The position numbers and the translations under genes are program-made. A stretch of DNA of 57,245 nt from Pyrinomonadaceae bacterium (lineage in GTDB: Bacteria; Acidobacteriota; Blastocatellia; Pyrinomonadales; Pyrinomonadaceae), in NCBI GenBank assembly GCA_036389875.1, contig DASVVZ010000256.1, forward strand, positions 1 to 57,245, written 5' to 3'. Numbering within the stretch: position 1 is the first letter of the stretch; each line of letters opens with the position of its first letter. Below are positions 16,252-24,712 of this stretch, piece after piece. The notes under the pieces were generated by a model. That model did not search any database, had not been told where the DNA came from, and was given only the letters and a program-made list of their open reading frames with translations.

Positions 16252-19039
16252 CCCTCAAAGTACCTGACGCCAGATTCACAGTTGCCCCGGTATTATTAAT
16301 AAACACCACTCTCACGGTATCAGGCGATACGACATAAGCCCTGACCGTCCATCCCGATACTGCTATCGAAGAATGATCCGCGTGGGCCGCGTCTCCGACT
16401 ACGGCCCCGGTGACAGTGACGGTTGTCGAAGTGGAAGCGCCATTTGCTAAAGATGGTGGATCGTAAGTTGTCGTACTGGATAACCTGTCCGTTCTTTGTC
16501 TTGTGATGGGCCATACGAAGGCTTTCAGGGTGCCGGAGGCTAAATCTGCCGTCCCTCCAGTACGATTAACTATCGTCACTGTCACGGTGTCCCGTGCTGT
16601 CACGATCCCCGATATGTCCCAACCCGAAGCAGTTGCCGTGTCCAGACTCACAGCCGAGGGGTCGCCTGCGCTGGCACCCGGTACCGTAATGGTCGTAGTG
16701 GTAGACGAGCCGTTAGTAAGGGAGGGAGCATCGTAGGTGGCCGTCCCTGATAATCTCTGCGAGCGGGCCGAAGATATAGCCGTCACCGCAAGGTCGTAAA
16801 CATCAGCCCGGTTGTTCTCAACCAGTGTGTTGGTGACGCCCGCGCCGTAAACTCTTATGTCGTCGGTGACATGGCCCGTTGAAGTGTTGCCGACGACTCT
16901 TACATCATCCGTGAGCGTCGTCGTGCTGGTATTCCAGACCACAATCCCGTGATAGCCGTATGGAAGGAGGTTGATGCGTCGGCAGTTATTTAGAGAAACG
17001 ACAGTGCGAGAGCTTGATCCGCGAACGATTATATCCCCAAGCTTTACCGCATCGAGGTTGTTCGTCCACTGGCTATCGGTGATGATATTTTCAGTAATAA
17101 CATTATCAACGCCCTGTGAAAATATGCCGTACGTCCCTGAATGGCTTATTCGATTTCCGGAGATCAACCCCCTTGCCCCGTGAACAGTGATGCTGGAATC
17201 CTGGCTATCCTCTATTGTGTTGTCGGTTATTCTATACTGCTCTCCATAAACACTAATCTGGTCAGACCATCCACGTCTTAATGTGTTACCTGAAATCCTG
17301 ACTAATCTTGTGCTGGCCTCTAGGTTAATCGGGTAATTAGGATGTGAATACAATACTTCGTATCTAGTGCCTGAAGGGGGTGTGGCGGAGTTTCCGTCGA
17401 AGTCCCTCCACCTGTCCACACTGACAGTCGTTCCGGTTGAAGAGGAAACGCTGCCGAGCCACAATCCGTAAATTGTGAACGCGGTGTTAGTTGCCGGTCT
17501 GGCTACCGGGAGCCTGTCAGTATCGGAGAGCCAATCCTCGACTCTCAGAACCGTGTTTGAATCAACACTTGAGACCACGGCGAAGGCTGAGCCCGCACGA
17601 ATTATGTCCCCACGTTCTACCGCCCTCCCCATTGGATTTGAAGTGGAGTTGAAATTAACAGAGGTGTCCGTAATCTTTAGTCTGTCGTAAGTAACGGTAG
17701 CTCCCGAAGTTACTTTAACAGGCATGATTCGGACGGTATCGCTTGCGGATATTGCGGAAAAAGCAGCCGCGGAATCGGTCAGTACCGTACCCGTGTACGT
17801 ACCCGTAGAGCCTGTGTATTTCTCTTTGAGCGTCCACCACCCCGCGTTAAAAGTATTATTTTCTATATTGATGTTTTCTATAAGGTCGGCATACGGCCCC
17901 CCTTCGGTTCCGTTGGAATCACCCACTACGGCGTCAGTCAGATACCGAAAAGTATTCCCCCGGATGGTTATATTACTGTTGGCATTTTGCATGATTATGC
18001 CGACCGAGGAGCCGGGAATACCATCTGTCTGAAACAGATTATTTTCAATCGTGACGTTGGACATTCCGTTTAAGCCGACAGCCCCGCCGCCCCCGGGCTT
18101 CCAGAATGCACAACGGCTCACACGAAACGTTCCGCCCATCAAACTGCGGTTCGTGCTGATGGTCGAAGTGAAGGTGGCGAAGCTGTTATCGAAGCCAATA
18201 TCTTCAAACGCTATATTGAAATTCGAGCCGCCTGCGGGGCGTTGAAAGACACTTGAGGCCGAGGTCGTTCCGGCTATAATTGTCGCCCCCATCCCGGCCC
18301 CTTTAATCGTTAAGTTGTCACGGCTCATCTCTATCCCCCCGGTGGTATGCCAAATGCCCGGAGAGAAATAGAGAGTTGAAGACTGGCCGTTTGTGGGAAT
18401 GGAGTTCTTCGCGTAATTTATCGCTGCCGTATCGGGAGTGGCGTAGAACGCCTTAGCTCCCGAAACGGTAGTAGATGCCGCCAGAGTCAGAACAAAGTTT
18501 GAGCCGGAGCATGATGCTATTGTAGTGACTAAATCCGCAGCACCAGCGCCCTTAACGTTGATAGCCTTCCCCACGTCAGTCGGAGCGCAACTGGTCGCGC
18601 TCGTCATGATCGTGGAAGTGGCCGATATAGCTGCATCTGACAGCCTTACGCCGTCATGCTGTGCGCCGAACCACTCCGGGTAAACCTCTCTGGGGGACAC
18701 GGAGAAAGAAAGAGTAGCCCCCACACCCATGTAAAAAATCTGCTTGCTTGGCGGGTTAGCTATTCTTGCCAACGTGAGCGAGGTATTAACCTGAATCCCT
18801 GTTCCATCCGTGTTGTCTAAAGTAATGTTTGATGGAATCGTTAGGGTATCAACCGCGCACCTTGAGCCCCTCTTAAAAGGGAGCTTTATAGTTCCGGTAT
18901 TAGAGCCGATTGAGGCAATGATTGCCGAAAATACAGCAGTGTCATTTGACCCTGAACAGTTAGGTACGAATACGGTTTGTTGCGCTCTTACGGATGAAGA
19001 GACCAGAAGTAAAACGAACAATAGAAAAAGCTTTTTCAT
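16235..19039 (-). CDS. Right-handed beta-helix (pectate-lyase-fold) protein with N-terminal signal peptide and two C-terminal tandem ~90-aa repeats; tailspike/depolymerase-like
   Basis: Start moved to the ATG at 19039 (MKKLFLLFVLLLVSSSVRAQQ). PbH1-like repeats (ISGNTLRRG, ITDNTIEDSQDSSITVHG, ISGNRISHSGTYGIF, ITENIITDS). C-terminal repeats SQRLSGTATYDAPSLTNG... and TDRLSSTTTYDPPSLANG... Confidence 0.7.
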   Translation of the reverse strand: MKKLFLLFVLLLVSSSVRAQQTVFVPNCSGSNDTAVFSAIIASIGSNTGTIKLPFKRGSRCAVDTLTIPSNITLDNTDGTGIQVNTSLTLARIANPPSKQIFYMGVGATLSFSVSPREVYPEWFGAQHDGVRLSDAAISATSTIMTSATSCAPTDVGKAINVKGAGAADLVTTIASCSGSNFVLTLAASTTVSGAKAFYATPDTAAINYAKNSIPTNGQSSTLYFSPGIWHTTGGIEMSRDNLTIKGAGMGATIIAGTTSASSVFQRPAGGSNFNIAFEDIGFDNSFATFTSTISTNRSLMGGTFRVSRCAFWKPGGGGAVGLNGMSNVTIENNLFQTDGIPGSSVGIIMQNANSNITIRGNTFRYLTDAVVGDSNGTEGGPYADLIENINIENNTFNAGWWTLKEKYTGSTGTYTGTVLTDSAAAFSAISASDTVRIMPVKVTSGATVTYDRLKITDTSVNFNSTSNPMGRAVERGDIIRAGSAFAVVSSVDSNTVLRVEDWLSDTDRLPVARPATNTAFTIYGLWLGSVSSSTGTTVSVDRWRDFDGNSATPPSGTRYEVLYSHPNYPINLEASTRLVRISGNTLRRGWSDQISVYGEQYRITDNTIEDSQDSSITVHGARGLISGNRISHSGTYGIFSQGVDNVITENIITDSQWTNNLDAVKLGDIIVRGSSSRTVVSLNNCRRINLLPYGYHGIVVWNTSTTTLTDDVRVVGNTSTGHVTDDIRVYGAGVTNTLVENNRADVYDLAVTAISSARSQRLSGTATYDAPSLTNGSSTTTTITVPGASAGDPSAVSLDTATASGWDISGIVTARDTVTVTIVNRTGGTADLASGTLKAFVWPITRQRTDRLSSTTTYDPPSLANGASTSTTVTVTGAVVGDAAHADHSSIAVSGWTVRAYVVSPDTVRVVFINNTGATVNLASGTLRANVWQ

Positions 19040-19040
19040 G

Positions 19041-20129
19041 TTAAGGCTCCAGTAATGCCCAACCGACCACGCCATTGTCGCCGCCGTTTGAACTTGTGAT
19101 TGTGAAACTCAAGCCAGGTGTCCTTGCGGAGATTCCGAGCGTGCCTGAAATGTTCGCGTCCTGTCCTGTTGGGTGAATGATGGAATTAGCCGTGACGATA
19201 GAAGATGCAACGACTACCGAGCCATCAACCATCGCTGCGTTACCTATCGCTTTAGGAGCGAGGTCCGCCACGGCGTTTATTGAGCTAAGAAGAGAAGTGT
19301 CAGCGGCAGCCCTTGCCGCCACCTCGCTTGTAATATTGGCCTGAAGTGTCGTATCAGCACTTGCTCTTGCCGTCGCTTCATTCGTGATGTTTGTTTGTAG
19401 TGCAGAATCCGCCGCCGCTCTTAGAGTTGCTTCAGCGCTGACAGCACTTGCAACCTGTGCATCAGTAGCAAAAGCAGAATCTAAGTCACCTAAACTTAGT
19501 ATTCCGTCTTCATCAATTACTAACCCTTCACCGATTCGGACATGGCCTAAATCGTCAGCAGAAGCTATAAAGGACGTGTGGGCATTAAATGCAGACTGCA
19601 GCGCTTGGTCTACCTCCTCCCGCGCACCGACCTCAGTGTTAAGTTGAGCGGTAGTGGCATAAGGCGACAGGTCGATATCTGCGAGATGTTCATCCGTATA
19701 GTCATTGGCTGAAGCAAGGGTGGCAGAGTCGCCATCAGTTCGCGCCTCCGATTCAATTTCAGCATGCGAATCCACAAGTGCCAGCAACAGTTCCTGTGTG
19801 GAAGGCGCAGACCCGACCTCACTCGCCACGCGCAGCGGGCCTATATCAATCGGCTCTCCTGGCGGTAAGAAGAAGGAGAAGATGTGCTCTTCTTCCTCAT
19901 AGTATCTATACTTTGTCTGCTTTATGCCGCTCGACAGGCCGGTTGAATTACACCAAAGCTCAACCTGAAATTTACCCTCTTCATCAGTAACTGTAGAAAC
20001 GCTTGACTTGGGGAATTGTGCCTCCGCAGTGTAGTTGCTGTTCGGAACGGAGAATCTGATACGAGCCCCCACCCAGGGAGCGCCGTTCAGTCGTCTTACT
20101 GTGCCTCTGACTATTCTGGTCTCTATCAT
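19041..20129 (-). CDS. Tail fibre-like protein
   Basis: Follows baseplate J. Central Ala/Thr-rich repeats (AEATLRAAADSALQTNITNEATARASADTTLQANITSEVAARAAADTSL). Confidence 0.6.
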   Translation of the reverse strand: MIETRIVRGTVRRLNGAPWVGARIRFSVPNSNYTAEAQFPKSSVSTVTDEEGKFQVELWCNSTGLSSGIKQTKYRYYEEEEHIFSFFLPPGEPIDIGPLRVASEVGSAPSTQELLLALVDSHAEIESEARTDGDSATLASANDYTDEHLADIDLSPYATTAQLNTEVGAREEVDQALQSAFNAHTSFIASADDLGHVRIGEGLVIDEDGILSLGDLDSAFATDAQVASAVSAEATLRAAADSALQTNITNEATARASADTTLQANITSEVAARAAADTSLLSSINAVADLAPKAIGNAAMVDGSVVVASSIVTANSIIHPTGQDANISGTLGISARTPGLSFTITSSNGGDNGVVGWALLEP

Positions 20130-20148
20130 TTAGACCCTTCTCCTCTCC

Positions 20149-21375
20149 CTACACTATGTTGAGCATCACGCCCAGAAGTCGGGGCAATTTATAGGGAGCT
20201 ATATCCACATCAACCACGGGCTCGGCCAGGATTTCTCCATCAAGCTGAGGCTCTATTCGCCTGACGCCTTTTGTGCCTTCGATCACGGCGATGATCTCGC
20301 TTCTGGAAATGGCGCGCCCGAAGTTCTCCTCTTTCGCCGAATAGAAGTCCCTCAGGTTGGTTTCGACGGCCGCGAGCGTAGCGCTCTGGGTAATAAGCCC
20401 GTCGAGCTTTATGTCGGCCTCGATATTGAAATCCACGAACTCGGGGTCGATGACGCTGATGAAGATGCCGCCGACCCACTCATTAGCCTTGCTTCTGGCA
20501 AGGGATTTCACTTCATCAGAAAAGGCATTGCCGGTGCTCGTCATCATTACGACCGTCACATAACCGGCTGTTGTCTTTATTGAGCCGTCCAGGTTCAGCC
20601 AGTCACCGTCTTTGATTTTGTCGAAGACTTTAACAATGCCGTTTCCGAGCAATACTTCCTCAAGTATTGCCTCCTGCAAATCCCTGACATTGACTATCCG
20701 CTCGCCGCGTCGCTGGTAATGCCGCGCCCTCTCAAGCGCAGCTTCTAAAGTCTCAGCCTCCGAGCCTGAGTCGATTGCGTCAGGATTAGTGACGGCCGTC
20801 ACATAAAGCACGGCATCCACGAGCGCCGTAACAGTGCCTGGTGCCAGCCTGACGCTTCCCGTTTCGCTACAGGTAGCCGCGACACTCCCTTCCGTTTCGC
20901 CGGCAGGAATCACCAGTTCCTCGTCCGTCGCAAAGACGGAGCCGTCCGTGGCGCGCGCTTCAGTGCCTGCCGGGATGACGGTGTCAACTCCGGGAGGAGC
21001 AGCAGAAGTAAATAGCAAAGTAGTAGTAGCAGGCGTCGCCTCTCTCAGCTCAACCTTGAAGAGGCGCGCAAACTCTATGACGTTCTGCTCCGGCACCTGG
21101 TTGATGGCGCGCGTCACGAAGCTCACGAGCCAGGCGAAGGTTTCAATCAGCGTGTTTTCCGGCGTAGGATCATTAGCATTGGTCAGTTCAGGACACACGG
21201 GCGGCGCAGGGAAGGTTCCCGCCAGCAGCATTGCTTTAGCTTCGCGCATGATGGCTATGTAGCGGTCGCACAGCTCAGGAGTCAGAGCGCCCGAAACGCG
21301 CGCAATAGCCTGTGCCGCCAGAAGGTCTTCGTTTCGTACGTCCAGCACCGGTGCCGGAACAAGCTGTGCCATCAA
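20149..21375 (-). CDS. Baseplate J-like protein
   Basis: 408 aa directly after the gp25/W-like gene. Size and position match P2 gpJ / Mu gp47. Confidence 0.7.
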   Translation of the reverse strand: MMAQLVPAPVLDVRNEDLLAAQAIARVSGALTPELCDRYIAIMREAKAMLLAGTFPAPPVCPELTNANDPTPENTLIETFAWLVSFVTRAINQVPEQNVIEFARLFKVELREATPATTTLLFTSAAPPGVDTVIPAGTEARATDGSVFATDEELVIPAGETEGSVAATCSETGSVRLAPGTVTALVDAVLYVTAVTNPDAIDSGSEAETLEAALERARHYQRRGERIVNVRDLQEAILEEVLLGNGIVKVFDKIKDGDWLNLDGSIKTTAGYVTVVMMTSTGNAFSDEVKSLARSKANEWVGGIFISVIDPEFVDFNIEADIKLDGLITQSATLAAVETNLRDFYSAKEENFGRAISRSEIIAVIEGTKGVRRIEPQLDGEILAEPVVDVDIAPYKLPRLLGVMLNIV

Positions 21376-21813
21376 TTAGCTCCCAGTGATTTCAGGGCGA
21401 AGCTGCCACCCTGGGTAAACCATGTTGTGAGGCGTATTCGAGCCTCTTATCGTGTAAATAATCAGCAGCGCCACCCGCTGCTGGTCCAGAGAAAATTCTT
21501 GTATGAAGTCGCCATTTTCCAGAAAGCCCGGCCGGACGCTTATTGAAGAGATAATGGGCAGGTAATCCTTGACCTGCTCTTCCAGCTCATAAGCCAGACG
21601 AGCCAGCCATCCAGCGTCTGCTACCTGAAAGGCCGGGTCAGTTGTGCCGTAGTCGGGCACCAGCACTCTTTCATAGAGCCGTGTCTCAATCAGGTCGGTT
21701 AGGAACTGTCGCGCCATCTCTTCCGGATCCGAGACAGTGGCGAGGCTGCCCCGCGCGTCCACGCGGAAAGGGAAGGAGAGGCATGAGCCGTGAATGCTCT
21801 TTAAGTTTGCCAT
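21376..21813 (-). CDS. Baseplate protein GPW/gp25-like
   Basis: FPFRVDARGSLATVSDPEEMARQFLTDLIETRLYERVLVPDYG matches the gp25/W signature. Start at 21813 (TGATG overlap). Confidence 0.75.
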   Translation of the reverse strand: MANLKSIHGSCLSFPFRVDARGSLATVSDPEEMARQFLTDLIETRLYERVLVPDYGTTDPAFQVADAGWLARLAYELEEQVKDYLPIISSISVRPGFLENGDFIQEFSLDQQRVALLIIYTIRGSNTPHNMVYPGWQLRPEITGS

Positions 21814-22355
21814 CAGACAGCCCCCAGACAATTCATCGCGGTTTCTAGCCGCGAAGCCTGTGACTCCAGTTCGCCGAAATATTGGTTGTAGCGCTCAATG
21901 AGCTTAGCCTCAGTCCGGGTGCGAAGCTCTTCCGGGATGCTTTGTAGGCCCGTTCTGAGCTGGTCCAGCTCGCCCATTCTGGCATTGACGAAGTTGATTC
22001 CTGCCTGCAACTCTTCCGTTACTTCAGCCACTGTTTCAGTTATTGCATTAACCATCGTGGCTATGTCGGCAGTGATCCGCACAATCTCTTCTGCGAAGCC
22101 CTCGGCGCGCGGCGGATTATCTAGCTGGCCGATAGTCATAGTGATGATTCGCTGCTCGTACTCTTTTACCTTCTGCCGCAGGTGATTGAGCCTCAGTATG
22201 TCAGGGCGGTTCCCGAAATTCCTGCCGATATAGGTCTGCCCGTCGCCGGAGAAACAGCCGATAAAAGGCACGTTGATAGAGGGGGCGTTAAACTCACCCT
22301 GGATCGTAGGCACCTTCGCAGGAAGCCTTTCAATCTGCCCTGCTGCTATGCTCAC
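21813..22355 (-). CDS. Baseplate-module protein, unknown function
   Basis: 180-aa helical ORF between the spike and gp25-like genes, with overlapping stops/starts. Confidence 0.45.
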   Translation of the reverse strand: MSIAAGQIERLPAKVPTIQGEFNAPSINVPFIGCFSGDGQTYIGRNFGNRPDILRLNHLRQKVKEYEQRIITMTIGQLDNPPRAEGFAEEIVRITADIATMVNAITETVAEVTEELQAGINFVNARMGELDQLRTGLQSIPEELRTRTEAKLIERYNQYFGELESQASRLETAMNCLGAV

Positions 22356-22840
22356 GCTCCACCTCCGTCATCAACAGGACTTAAGATCAATCCGGCCGCT
22401 CCACTTATCTGCACAGTCCCGAACTCGCTTTTTATGAGGACCCGGCCGGCCTGAAGCATCAGGTCGCCTTCACACATAATTTTCAGATCGCACGGGAAGC
22501 GCAGGCAGGCCACCGACTCGTCAGGAACGTCCTCGGGCAGAGCGCCCGCCTCGTTAAACTGAGTGGTGTAAAAGAGCTCGTTCTTTCCGCCGGCGCGACT
22601 CCAGAGGGCGACCTCGACACCCTTCTGTGGAATACTCGCGAAGCCGTGGCCTTGCGGGCTCGTAGCCCCCGGGAAAGGAAGTATCCATTTCTCGCAGACC
22701 TCCTCTTCGCTTATTGCGGGGATGATGACTTTGACCCTTCCGAGGTGTAGAGGGTCTTCATTATCCGCGACGATACCAACCAGTCCCGGCGGTATTCCGG
22801 GCTGCTTTTCATCCTCTTTTTGTCGCCTCCTGCGCGTCAT
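22352..22840 (-). CDS. Baseplate spike / assembly protein V-like
   Basis: GRVKVIIPAISEEEVCEKWILPF...GFASIPQKGVEVALW is an OB-fold spike-type motif. Position follows the gpD-like gene. Confidence 0.7.
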   Translation of the reverse strand: MTRRRRQKEDEKQPGIPPGLVGIVADNEDPLHLGRVKVIIPAISEEEVCEKWILPFPGATSPQGHGFASIPQKGVEVALWSRAGGKNELFYTTQFNEAGALPEDVPDESVACLRFPCDLKIMCEGDLMLQAGRVLIKSEFGTVQISGAAGLILSPVDDGGGA

Positions 22841-22842
22841 CG

Positions 22843-23925
22843 CTATCGGATAACCTTTCCCCTCTTCACTCCCTTAATGTCGCGGTTTAGGCTCAGTTCT
22901 GCCGTCAATCCATTCGGGCGCCCCTGATATGAAACCGCGTCGACGACATAGAGGCCGCTATAGAACAATCCCACCTGCATAAGTTTGACCGTATGGCCCT
23001 GAAGAATAGGCAGCCCCCTGCGTAGGAATCCGGGCATTAAGATTATGCTGTGTTCAAACGCCTGCTCTCGGTGGCGGTTGCGGCGCGCGCGCGCGCGCCT
23101 TCTAGCTGCTCGCTCGCTGGAAGACGGTAGATCATCAATCGCCTGCACCTCTTCCGTCCCACGCGCGCCGCCTTCGGTATCTACGCCGGAAACGCGGCGG
23201 CCTGCTCGCCCCCTGGTTCTGACCTCAACGCGGCCGTGCCGCCCTCGCTTATGCTCCGGGAGTTTGTGACTAAGGCCCAGCCCACGCAGCATGCGAAAAT
23301 CGCCATCCGTGCCCTTGTAGACCAGTTCGGCGACTGCCTTATCCCCGGCCTTTCCCGCTTCCTGGGCGTAGAGCGTCTGCCCGCGAGCGTAGAGCCTCAA
23401 TCCGAGGTCGCGCGCCGTCTCCATCGCCAGTTGCCAATCCGTCTGATTCCACTGGATAATCACGTCATACTCTTCGGAGTCAGGCACCTCGCCTTTTACA
23501 ACCAGGCTCAACCCATTCTCTTCAGCCAGCTTTTTGAGCAGCTTCAGGGCAGTCGTCCTATTGTGGTAGCGCGGACGTTTCTTCTGCTTCATCTTGCTCG
23601 TAGGATCGTCGAAGGAAAAAGTAGCAACCTGCCCGTCGTGACGGTGGCAGGAGAGCAGCCCTTCGAAAAGTGGTTGGCCTTGAGCGACCTGTTCTCCGTA
23701 GCCCAGCCACACGCGCACGCGCGCTCTCTTCAGCCCCGTAGTATCGAGGAACATATCCGTGTATTTGAAAGCCGGGTCGCACATACTGATATTTGCCCCG
23801 CCTGTCTTGTCCCTGGCCATTTCAGCGCTCACCAGCGTAAGCAGTCCCGGATGACGCCATGAGTCGAATGTGACGTCGTTGATCTCCACGACATAATGAG
23901 GAACATTAAGTAAGCCTTCGCTCAT
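22843..23925 (-). CDS. Tail/baseplate hub protein (P2 gpD / Mu gpP-like, by position)
   Basis: 360 aa between the LysM tail protein X-like gene and the spike gene. Confidence 0.6.
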   Translation of the reverse strand: MSEGLLNVPHYVVEINDVTFDSWRHPGLLTLVSAEMARDKTGGANISMCDPAFKYTDMFLDTTGLKRARVRVWLGYGEQVAQGQPLFEGLLSCHRHDGQVATFSFDDPTSKMKQKKRPRYHNRTTALKLLKKLAEENGLSLVVKGEVPDSEEYDVIIQWNQTDWQLAMETARDLGLRLYARGQTLYAQEAGKAGDKAVAELVYKGTDGDFRMLRGLGLSHKLPEHKRGRHGRVEVRTRGRAGRRVSGVDTEGGARGTEEVQAIDDLPSSSERAARRRARARRNRHREQAFEHSIILMPGFLRRGLPILQGHTVKLMQVGLFYSGLYVVDAVSYQGRPNGLTAELSLNRDIKGVKRGKVIR

Positions 23926-24173
23926 AACGAATTGAACAGCCCGCTCTCAAGGGGGGCTTCAGGTATCAGCAAAGTCGTCCCCGGCTCCAGCTTGCGCGGG
24001 TCCGCGATATTATTTCTTGTTGCTATCTCGCGCCAGAATCTTCTGTCCCCCCAGTAGCGATGTGTGATGCCGTCGATGTTCTCCCCGAAAGCTACGACGT
24101 GCACGCGCAATCGCTCCTCGGTCTGAGGGTTAAAGTGTCCGTAACGGCGGAACGGGCTGATACTCTTGGCCAT
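23922..24173 (-). CDS. LysM-like tail protein X
   Basis: YWGDRRFWREIATRNNIADPRKLEPGTTLLIPE is a LysM-type motif, as in P2 gpX. Confidence 0.7.
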   Translation of the reverse strand: MAKSISPFRRYGHFNPQTEERLRVHVVAFGENIDGITHRYWGDRRFWREIATRNNIADPRKLEPGTTLLIPEAPLESGLFNSL

Positions 24174-24175
24174 CT

Positions 24176-24697
24176 TTAGAAATTCCCGATAGGCGAGAAG
24201 CTTTCCGCCTCTCCTTCGTCTATCTCCACGATCCTGGAATTTACCTGCTCTCTTAATTCAGGCAGTTCAAAGAGCGTCATGGAGACTTTGGCGCGCTGCT
24301 GATTGTTCTCCGGAGTGAAAGCATCGCGATCTATATCAAGCTCTTCGAGCGTGCATCTGACCTGCCAGTCGCCGCAGATCATTAGCAGGGGCGGCGGCGT
24401 TCCATTGTCCCGCTGGTTCATCAATGCGCGTATGTGCTCAATCGCCTCAGTCAACGAAAGGTTTGTGCCGACCGTGGTCAACCAGCATTCGTCGAAGGAT
24501 ATTTTCTGCGGCTCCCTGTTAGCGTACTGGGGCGGCTTTACACCTCCGATTGTGTCAGCCATCTCCCAGTTATTCCTGTCAGAAGTCCTGATTGACGCAG
24601 GGAAGGGTAGCCCCACGTCGCCCTCATCCAGGTCAAAAGTGTAGGTGCCCGGGCGACGCAGGTTGATAAGAACTAATTTTTTACTTCTACGCGACAT
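24176..24697 (-). CDS. Tail protein downstream of the tape measure (tube-initiator/gpU-like, by position)
   Basis: 173-aa ORF between the tape measure and LysM protein genes. Confidence 0.4.
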   Translation of the reverse strand: MSRRSKKLVLINLRRPGTYTFDLDEGDVGLPFPASIRTSDRNNWEMADTIGGVKPPQYANREPQKISFDECWLTTVGTNLSLTEAIEHIRALMNQRDNGTPPPLLMICGDWQVRCTLEELDIDRDAFTPENNQQRAKVSMTLFELPELREQVNSRIVEIDEGEAESFSPIGNF

Positions 24698-24712
24698 AAA
24701 ATATTTTGAGTC
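24693..24712. promoter_or_regulatory. 20-bp palindrome family copy (GACATAAAATATTTTGAGTC)
   Basis: Two mismatches. Spans the tape-measure stop and the start codon of 24176-24697. Confidence 0.5.

Noticed and set aside
12519-20129. A diversity-generating retroelement acting on the fibre genes.
   Set aside because: There is no reverse transcriptase ORF anywhere in the window, and I found no template/variable repeat pair near the fibre C-termini.
23236-23862. Long antisense ORFs inside structural genes. This 208-aa ORF is one example; others are 33193-33678, 37833-38510, 40426-41121, 43492-44019 and 44272-44949.
   Set aside because: All overlap longer ORFs that fit the phage gene order. High GC content suppresses stop codons on the opposite strand.
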